Shown: positions 1 through 5,024 of the stretch, piece after piece
How the letters are laid out: every line of letters begins with the position of its first letter
How positions within the stretch are numbered: the first letter of the stretch is position 1
IMG/VR virus record: IMGVR_UViG_3300010163_000397
Span: 1-13,931 of that record
DNA length: 13,931 nt
Source: a virus
Strand: one strand, 5' to 3'
Notes under the pieces: model-generated
Told to the model about the DNA's origin: nothing
Database searches by the model: none
The model's input: only the letters and a program-made list of their open reading frames with translations
Program-made: the position numbers and the translations under genes

Positions 1-2
1 TT

Positions 3-137
3 CTGGTGTTCAAATGGTGCGAAGAACAAGTCTCAACCGCGGAAGTGCTGAAACTGTCCATCCGGAAGCCTTTGTTTGGACATCGGCGAGGAAAGACCGT
101 CTTCCTCGTCTTCATGAACTCTAGAATCCCCAACTGA
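3..137 (+). CDS. 3' end of an upstream gene (partial, function unknown)
   Basis: Frame 3 is open from the window edge to TGA 135-137 and translates as ...LVFKWCEEQVSTAEVLKLSIRKPLFGHRRGKTVFLVFMNSRIPN*. It is co-oriented with the next gene and ends 12 nt before it. No motif recognised. Confidence 0.3.
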   Translation: MVFKWCEEQVSTAEVLKLSIRKPLFGHRRGKTVFLVFMNSRIPN

Positions 138-149
138 CGCTTTTTTGAT

Positions 150-650
150 ATGCCACGCAAACCAACATCTTTAATTCCACGGACGCACCGTGAACTGTGC
201 GAAATAGCAGAACGTTGGCTCATTGGCAAATATGGATGCCGTATTGCTATCGCGGAACCAAATTGCATCATCACCACGGAACAACCGGATGCAATCGGAT
301 GGCATGGGCGGGTCAGCGTACTCGTGGAAGCAAAGACAAGCCGTTCTGACTTTTTGGCAGATGCCAAGAAGCCTTTTAGAGCCAACCCTCAAGATGGCAT
401 GGGCATCTACCGTTACTACATTTGCGAGCCTGATGTCATCACGATAGATGACTTGCCGGAGCGTTGGGGGTTACTCCATGTACTGCAAGGCGGCCGAGTG
501 CGCGAGCTTCGAAGAAGTCAACGGTTTGAGGCGGATCGCGCCGAAGAACTAAGTCTCCTGACAGCCTGTCTTGCTATTCATAAACCTCTGAAAATTAGAT
601 CATCTATCAGTAGGAGAGTTTTTCAAATCGGAAAGGAGGATATTGCCTGA
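150..650 (+). CDS. PD-(D/E)XK nuclease-fold protein, MmcB-family-like
   Basis: 166-aa ORF. The motif PDAIGW...SVLVEAKTSRSDFLADAKKPFR...YRYYICEPDVI...LPERWGLLHV fits the D...E-x-K core followed by SRxDF and a C-terminal 'lP..wGLl' block, as I remember it for MmcB-like phage/bacterial nucleases. The stop lies 2 nt before the next start. Confidence 0.55.
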   Translation: MPRKPTSLIPRTHRELCEIAERWLIGKYGCRIAIAEPNCIITTEQPDAIGWHGRVSVLVEAKTSRSDFLADAKKPFRANPQDGMGIYRYYICEPDVITIDDLPERWGLLHVLQGGRVRELRRSQRFEADRAEELSLLTACLAIHKPLKIRSSISRRVFQIGKEDIA

Positions 651-652
651 TT

Positions 653-1804
653 ATGCCTACAAGATTGATCAGAGAAGGTATTCTGACTTCCGAGCGCGTC
701 GCCTCCCTTTCGTGGGAGGCCGAGGTGTTCTACCGACGCCTGATGTCTGTGGCAGACGATTACGGCCTTTATGACGCCAGGACGCCCATTCTCCGTTCTG
801 CGCTGTATCCTCTCCAACTCGACAAGATGAGCGAGTGCAATATTCAACGCTGCCTCTCCGCGTGTGAGGCCGCGGGGCTTATTCTGCTTTATTCTCACAA
901 TGAGAAGCCATACTTGATGATTCTGGGGTTCGACCAGCAGGGGAAGACTATGCCCAAATGGCCTCTTCCGAACGGTTACGAAGTGCTGAAAGTCTCCGAG
1001 AAGAAATACGAATTGAGGAAATTCGTAACAGGTCGTAACGATTCGCCTCAACCCGTTACTTATGCGAATGCGAATGCGGATGCGGATGCGGATGCGGATA
1101 AACAAAAAAATAATGCAGGGGGAAATAACACGGTGGATTGTAGCGAGCCGACCGCCGCTCCTGCACTGCCTGCCTCCCCAGAGGTGGAAGGGCAGTATTC
1201 CGAAAAACGAACAGAAAGGCCGCTCCCTGCCCGTTTTGGCTCCGAGTCGGTAAGTTGTGCCGTCGGAGCGAGAAACAGCCAGCAAGGGGCATCACAGGCT
1301 TTTACAGGGCCATTCCCGGAACGTGAACGGCTCAACGATGTCCGAGGAATGCGTTGCGCCGACAATCACGCGGATTTTGGAGCATCCCCAGATGCGGCCC
1401 GGTTCCTGACAGCTTGCCTTGAAATCAACCCCTCATGGGGGCGGACGCTTCCAACACCGGTTGAGCAGGCCGCCGCGCTTGAGGCGTACCGGTCAGCCAA
1501 GGGCCGCGTGACTCCGCGGGATATGGAGATGTTGAAGGCTTATTACCAATCGAATCTGACTGAAGACAGCCGCCGGAAACCGTTCTGGAGGCCAGACAGC
1601 CGCCGGAGGTTCTGGGAGAACTTCGGAGACGTCATCACTCATGCTGACCGCTGGGCTAAAGAGACGCGCTGGAAGCCGGCATCCGCCCGGAAAAAGCCGG
1701 TTCCAGAAGAACCTCGGCAGCCGGAAGGGCCGGTTGTGGATCTCAAAACAGCCGCCGATGAGTTGAGCGGGTTCAAAACTGAAATGGGGTGGAGCAATGA
1801 TTAA
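653..1804 (+). CDS. Putative phage replication/DNA-binding protein (N-terminal winged-helix-like domain, low-complexity linker, basic C-terminal domain)
   Basis: 383-aa ORF. The N-terminus (ILTSERVASLSWEAEVFYRRLMSVADDYGLYDARTPILRSALYPL...AGLILLYSHNEKPYLMILGFDQQ) resembles a widespread phage replication-module N-terminal domain. The middle is ANANADADADAD followed by a Pro/Ala-rich linker. Function is inferred only from position and this resemblance. Confidence 0.55.
   Translation: MPTRLIREGILTSERVASLSWEAEVFYRRLMSVADDYGLYDARTPILRSALYPLQLDKMSECNIQRCLSACEAAGLILLYSHNEKPYLMILGFDQQGKTMPKWPLPNGYEVLKVSEKKYELRKFVTGRNDSPQPVTYANANADADADADKQKNNAGGNNTVDCSEPTAAPALPASPEVEGQYSEKRTERPLPARFGSESVSCAVGARNSQQGASQAFTGPFPERERLNDVRGMRCADNHADFGASPDAARFLTACLEINPSWGRTLPTPVEQAAALEAYRSAKGRVTPRDMEMLKAYYQSNLTEDSRRKPFWRPDSRRRFWENFGDVITHADRWAKETRWKPASARKKPVPEEPRQPEGPVVDLKTAADELSGFKTEMGWSND
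1064..1099 (+). repeat. Hexanucleotide tandem repeat (GCGAAT)x2(GCGGAT)x4, in frame, encoding ANANADADADAD
   Basis: Read directly: gcgaat gcgaat gcggat gcggat gcggat gcggat, inside CDS 653..1804. Confidence 0.9.
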
Positions 1805-1810
1805 GCGCCC

Positions 1811-1846
1811 CCCCGGAAACTCGTACAAGCCCCGGAAACTCGTACA
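1811..1846. repeat. Two direct copies of CCCCGGAAACTCGTACA (19-bp period)
   Basis: Copies at 1811-1827 and 1830-1846 are identical over 17 nt. They lie just after the stop of CDS 653..1804, in the convergent intergenic region. Confidence 0.85.
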
Positions 1847-1848
1847 GG

Positions 1849-1871
1849 CCCCCGCCCATGCCGGGCGGGGG
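1849..1871. terminator. GC-rich hairpin between convergent genes (possible bidirectional terminator)
   Basis: CCCCCGCCC (1849-1857), loop ATGCC, GGGCGGGGG (1863-1871). This is a perfect 9-bp stem. No clear U-tract on either strand, so terminator function is uncertain. Confidence 0.4.
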
Positions 1872-1885
1872 GGGCAACGGGAAAA

Positions 1886-2488
1886 TCAGCGTGGGAGATT
1901 TTTTGTCGTCCCCCGTTCCATGATGAGCCTCATCAAAAGGCACATGGGTTCCGGAGGGGCGGGGTGGGAATCAAGCCACCTCCAGACTGTCAAATGAGTC
2001 ACGCCGATCACATCAGCGGCCCGGTTCACGGCCGCGGTTTTGCTGTTCAACTTGTGCGAGGTTTTCAAAAAGTCTAAAAATTGAACCAGCGTTTTGACTT
2101 CCGGCCCTCTCTCACCCTCAATGGAGGCCCCATAAGACCGGACGCCATCCCCGTCCCCGGTTTGAGGCGAAAAAATAAAACCATTCTCTTCAAGCTTCAT
2201 CCTTAAGAGCGATTTTAAATCGTCCTGTTTTTTTTCTGAAAGCCACGATGAAAATGAAATATAAAGAGTCACGTCCAAATCATCGTAGCTTTCAACGTCG
2301 TCAACCTCTTCACTCCATTCAGGATCTTGAAAAAGCAACACAACCCCGCCGTCATCAAGGGCGTTAACCTCAACTTCCTCTCCGTCAATGTCATCAGATT
2401 CAATCACAACGTTATCACGCACCAGCTCCGTTTCAAGTTCACGGCTGATGCGTTCCAGTTTAGCTTTAATTTCTTTGGTTACTTTCAT
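1886..2488 (-). CDS. Two-domain protein: highly acidic N-terminal half plus C-terminal helix-turn-helix (Cro/Xre/antitoxin-like) DNA-binding domain
   Basis: 200-aa ORF. The N-terminal half is rich in D/E (ESDDIDGEEVEVNALDDGG...DPEWSEEVDDVESYDDLD). The C-terminus, NSKTAAVNRAADVIGVTHLTVWRWLDSHPAPPEPMCLLMRLIME, has a typical HTH followed by the 'P...LL.li' tail seen in Xre/MqsA-like regulators. It is the second gene of the leftward operon. Confidence 0.7.
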   Translation of the reverse strand: MKVTKEIKAKLERISRELETELVRDNVVIESDDIDGEEVEVNALDDGGVVLLFQDPEWSEEVDDVESYDDLDVTLYISFSSWLSEKKQDDLKSLLRMKLEENGFIFSPQTGDGDGVRSYGASIEGERGPEVKTLVQFLDFLKTSHKLNSKTAAVNRAADVIGVTHLTVWRWLDSHPAPPEPMCLLMRLIMERGTTKNLPR

Positions 2489-2508
2489 TTTTTTGATTGG
2501 TTTGATTT

Positions 2509-2793
2509 TCAGGCTTTAGCAGTTACGAAGCGATTTTCAATGCAGAACCAGGTGGGGAGGGTCAAAAAGCAATCGCCCGCCCAGACTCCATCTTTTAGAA
2601 GTTCAATTTTTTCAACGAGGCTTTTTGGAATCCAATGGTAAGAGGAGCCACCGCAGCTGTAGTCCGTGTCAATCTGGATGGCTTTTTCGGATTCCTTGGA
2701 CACGATGGCGCGCACCTTGGAAAGCTTCCAGCTGGGCTTTATTGAGGAACCGAGTTTAGCTTCATCAATGCTTAATTTGTGGGTGATGATCAT
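2509..2793 (-). CDS. Small hypothetical phage protein (94 aa)
   Basis: ORF with a purine-rich leader (agaaagagaaaaagaaa ATG on the minus strand). It contains the 'KAIQI...HWIPKSLV...LPTWF' pattern that I recall from small phage proteins of unknown function. First gene downstream of the leftward promoter. Confidence 0.65.
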   Translation of the reverse strand: MIITHKLSIDEAKLGSSIKPSWKLSKVRAIVSKESEKAIQIDTDYSCGGSSYHWIPKSLVEKIELLKDGVWAGDCFLTLPTWFCIENRFVTAKA

Positions 2794-2850
2794 TTTCTTT
2801 TTCTCTTTCTATTGTTAATGTTTCCGGGGCTTCCCCCTCTCAACAAAGAC

Positions 2851-2879
2851 AAGATACTATCAAATTGATAGTGCGTCAA
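2851..2879 (-). promoter_or_regulatory. Leftward sigma70-like promoter: -35 TTGACG, 17-nt spacer, -10 TATCTT
   Basis: The minus strand reads agTTGACGcactatcaatttgatagTATCTTg. The -35 is at plus coordinates 2874-2879 and the -10 at 2851-2856. It sits about 50-60 nt upstream of the start of CDS 2509..2793. Confidence 0.5.
2856..2872. promoter_or_regulatory. 17-bp perfect palindrome ACTATCAA-A-TTGATAGT (candidate operator)
   Basis: Read directly. The two 8-bp arms are exact reverse complements around a central A. The palindrome fills the spacer of the leftward promoter. Confidence 0.75.
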
Positions 2880-2948
2880 CTAAAAAACAGATTTTTTTAA
2901 CGCGGAAGAATTTTTTTCAGCCGTCGCAAAAACTGACAAAGCCCGGAA

Positions 2949-2978
2949 TTGACAACGCATTTTTCAGCCGATTAAAAT
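2949..2978 (+). promoter_or_regulatory. Rightward sigma70-like promoter of the late operon: -35 TTGACA, -10 TAAAAT (18-nt spacer) or TTAAAA (17-nt spacer)
   Basis: TTGACA at 2949-2954 and TAAAAT at 2973-2978. The predicted start site is about 2985, only about 3 nt before the AGG at 2988. An 11-bp direct repeat TTTTTCAGCCG occurs at 2913-2923 and at 2960-2970, the second copy lying in the spacer. Confidence 0.45.
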
Positions 2979-2987
2979 TTTTCCAGC

Positions 2988-3500
2988 AGGAAAACGAAGA
3001 AGACAACCACGAAACGAAAGACAGGCAGGCCGAGCATCTATTCCGAAACGCTTGCACAAGAAATTCTAGAACGGCTCGCCTCCGGGGAAACCATGAAGTC
3101 CATCTGTTCTGATTCCAAGATGCCAACTGTTTGGACGGTTTGGTATTGGCGGGAAACCAAGCCGGAGTTTTCAAAACTCATTCAGCGCGCGCGGGAAATC
3201 CAATCAGAATCAATGCTGGACGAATGCACGGCGCTTTCAGATAAGGCCGCGGAAGTCGCTCTTGATGAGAAATGCGGTTCCGCGGCCGTGCAGGCGAAAA
3301 AGATTGCTATTGAAACACGGCTAAAAGTTGCGGCCCGGTTCGCCCCGGAAAAATTCGGAGACAGGGTAAGGCAAGACGTTGCCGGGGTTCCCGGAGCGCC
3401 GCTTGAGCGTAAAATCACGCTTGACCCTGACCAGCTGGCCCAGCTTCAGGAGGACGAAAAAAAAGCGTTGGAGACGATCGCCGGAAAGCTCCAGCGCTAA
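2988..3500 (+). CDS. terS: Terminase small subunit (HTH type); start codon non-canonical or unresolved. Minimal canonical ORF is 3093..3500
   Basis: The frame is open from 2976, after TAA at 2973-2975. The translation is NFSSRKTKKTTTKRKTGRPSIYSETLAQEILERLASGETMKSICSDSKMPTVWTVWYWRETKPEFSKLIQRAREIQSESMLDE...RFAPEKFGDRV. This fits the remembered TerS pattern GRPS.Y..E.a..I...la.G.sl..IC...gmP...TV..W....pEF...y.rARe.qad...K.YGD. The first ATG (3093) lies inside the HTH. No ATG, GTG, TTG or CTG occurs in frame between 2976 and 3092. Start candidates are AGG 2988, AGG 3027 and ATC 3036. Confidence applies to gene identity, not to the start. Confidence 0.8.
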   Translation, partial: RKTKKTTTKRKTGRPSIYSETLAQEILERLASGETMKSICSDSKMPTVWTVWYWRETKPEFSKLIQRAREIQSESMLDECTALSDKAAEVALDEKCGSAAVQAKKIAIETRLKVAARFAPEKFGDRVRQDVAGVPGAPLERKITLDPDQLAQLQEDEKKALETIAGKLQR

Positions 3501-3512
3501 ACCGGAAAGATT

Positions 3513-4883
3513 ATGAGACTCCCGGTCAGTTTTTTTCTTAGGCATGTTTTGGGCCTTGATCCTTATCCGTGGCAAACGGAAGCGATTAAGGCTTTATCGC
3601 TTGGAAAAATAGCTCTGGGAGGAAAAAGCGTTGCTCTTGTCGCTCCCAATGGTTCCGGGAAAACAAGCAATTGCATAGCCCCATCCATCCTCTATTTTCT
3701 GACCATATTCCCGCGCGGACAAGTCGCCGTAACGTCCTCATCTTGGCTTCAAGTCGAAAAACAGCTTTTCCCGGCGTTGCGCCGGTTCATGGACAACCCG
3801 TTTTTTTCAGGCTGGACGTTTAACAAAACAGAAATCAGAACACCGGAAGGGGGCTTCGTGCTGGGTTTTTCGACTGACAACGCCGGACGCGCGGAAGGAT
3901 GGCACCCCAAGATTTCACCAGAAATAGACCCGGTTTTTTATGTTCTCGACGAAGCAAAAACAATCCCGGATTCCATCTTCACCGCCGTTTCCAGGTGCAC
4001 TCTTTACCACGCCTTCATCACGTCATCACCTGGGGCGGATTCCGGAACCTTTTACGATTGCTTTCACAAAAATTCGCCCTATTACTACAAAATCCGCGTC
4101 AAATATGAGGATTGCCCTCATATTGAACAAAACGACCCCGGGAAGGCTGAACGCCTTAAAAAAGAATATGGCGAAACATCTTCATTTTATCGTTCAGCAA
4201 TCCTGGGCGAATTCACAGACCTTGAAGGCCAATCCGTGATTTCCCGCCGCGCCGTCATGGAGCTGATCAATAACCCGCCTCCGTTTTTGGACACGGGCGA
4301 AGTGTGCGGCGGCTTTGACTTCGCGGCGGGCGGCGATGAAAATGTTTTTGCCGCCGGAAAAGGCAACCGGTTTTTCATTGCCGACCATTGGTCGGATCCG
4401 GACACCGTAGGAGCCCGCGGACGGTTCCGGCGAAAAGCCTCTGAACTTGGGATCCCGGCGGATCATATTTTCGCAGACGGCGATGGGCTGGGCCTCCCCA
4501 TCATTGACGACTTCCGCGCCGAAGGCTTCCCGGTTCATTCATACCGGGGCGGGTTCCCCGCCAGCGAACAAAAAGCGTTTGTCAATTTACGAGCCCAGGC
4601 ATGGCGGGCGCTGGCCCGCGCCATTGAAGAAAAAGAACTCATTTTGGACGTGGATGAAGAGACGATTGAACAGCTGGTCGCCCCGCGCCTCCAAACAGAC
4701 GCCATAGGGCGTGTGAAGATTGAATCCAAGGAAGATATGATGAAGCGGGGCGTTCGTTCGCCTGACCGTGCGGACGCTCTCGTCATGGCGTGGCATGCGC
4801 GGCGAAATTGTGGACTGGTTCAAAATCTGGGTTGGTGGTATGACAGACGGCCCGCCAAAAAACGCGCCATCGGAAGATATTAG
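3513..4883 (+). CDS. terL: Terminase large subunit
   Basis: 456 aa. Walker A-like VAPNGSGKTS and Walker B-like FYVLDEAK. A C-terminal nuclease-like region carries acidic motifs (GFDFAAGGDENVF, ADGDGLG, SPDRADAL). It lies immediately after TerS with a 12-nt gap. Confidence 0.92.
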   Translation: MRLPVSFFLRHVLGLDPYPWQTEAIKALSLGKIALGGKSVALVAPNGSGKTSNCIAPSILYFLTIFPRGQVAVTSSSWLQVEKQLFPALRRFMDNPFFSGWTFNKTEIRTPEGGFVLGFSTDNAGRAEGWHPKISPEIDPVFYVLDEAKTIPDSIFTAVSRCTLYHAFITSSPGADSGTFYDCFHKNSPYYYKIRVKYEDCPHIEQNDPGKAERLKKEYGETSSFYRSAILGEFTDLEGQSVISRRAVMELINNPPPFLDTGEVCGGFDFAAGGDENVFAAGKGNRFFIADHWSDPDTVGARGRFRRKASELGIPADHIFADGDGLGLPIIDDFRAEGFPVHSYRGGFPASEQKAFVNLRAQAWRALARAIEEKELILDVDEETIEQLVAPRLQTDAIGRVKIESKEDMMKRGVRSPDRADALVMAWHARRNCGLVQNLGWWYDRRPAKKRAIGRY

Positions 4884-4886
4884 TGC

Positions 4887-4915
4887 TTTACAAAATATCA
4901 ACATATCTATATATA
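4887..4915 (+). promoter_or_regulatory. Sigma70-like promoter directly upstream of the tRNA: -35 TTTACA, 17-nt spacer, -10 TATATA
   Basis: TTTACA at 4887-4892 and TATATA at 4910-4915, giving a predicted start about 4922, 13 nt before the tRNA 5' end. The region is very AT-rich, so a chance match is possible. Confidence 0.4.
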
Positions 4916-4934
4916 TTGATACGTAAATGTAAAT

Positions 4935-5008
4935 CGCAGGGTGGTGAAACGCTATCACGCGGGGTTCCTGTCCCCGAATAGGAGGTTCAATTCCTCCCCC
5001 TGCAACCA
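4935..5008 (+). tRNA. tRNA with anticodon CCU (Arg by anticodon) and initiator-tRNA-like architecture; CCA encoded
   Basis: Hand-folded cloverleaf of 74 nt:
- Acceptor stem CGCAGGG/CCCUGCA, with C1(4935)xA72(5004) unpaired and pairs 2-7 Watson-Crick.
- U8 and G9.
- D stem GUGA/UCAC, with a 7-nt D loop AACGCUA that lacks the GG dinucleotide.
- Anticodon stem CGGGG/CCCCG and loop UUCCUGU. U33 is present, the anticodon is C34 C35 U36 at 4967-4969, and position 37 is G.
- Variable region AAUA.
- T stem GGAGG/CCUCC and T loop UUCAAUU.
- Discriminator A73, then CCA at 5006-5008. Confidence 0.85.
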
Positions 5009-5024
5009 AACTTTCTTTAAACTC

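Noticed and set aside
623-1365. Minus-strand ORFs (623..1285, 1056..1295, 1060..1365) and plus ORF 1062..1253 over the hexanucleotide repeat
   Set aside because: They overlap the well-supported 653..1804 CDS and yield low-complexity IRIRIR / HPHPHP / MRMRMR peptides produced by reading the repeat in other frames.
1797-1997. 66-aa plus-strand ORF crossing the convergent intergenic region into the end of the minus-strand gene
   Set aside because: It reads through the direct repeats and the hairpin, and runs antisense to CDS 1886..2488. It has a low-complexity Gly/Arg-rich product and is most likely spurious.
2917-3174. 85-aa minus-strand ORF across the control region and the TerS N-terminus
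   Set aside because: It runs antisense through the predicted rightward promoter and the conserved TerS HTH coding segment. There are no motifs and no sensible operon context.
3802-3811. tttttttCAGG inside terL, resembling the T-tract plus CAGG context of the proposed AGG starts
   Set aside because: This AGG is out of frame with terL, and the alternative frame stops after four more codons. It is recorded as evidence that the motif also occurs by chance.
4941-5024. The ORF-track start (GTG 4941) of the 482-aa portal ORF
   Set aside because: The first 68 nt of this ORF lie inside the tRNA cloverleaf (4935-5008). The frame simply happens to stay open through the tRNA. The portal start must be downstream of 5008.
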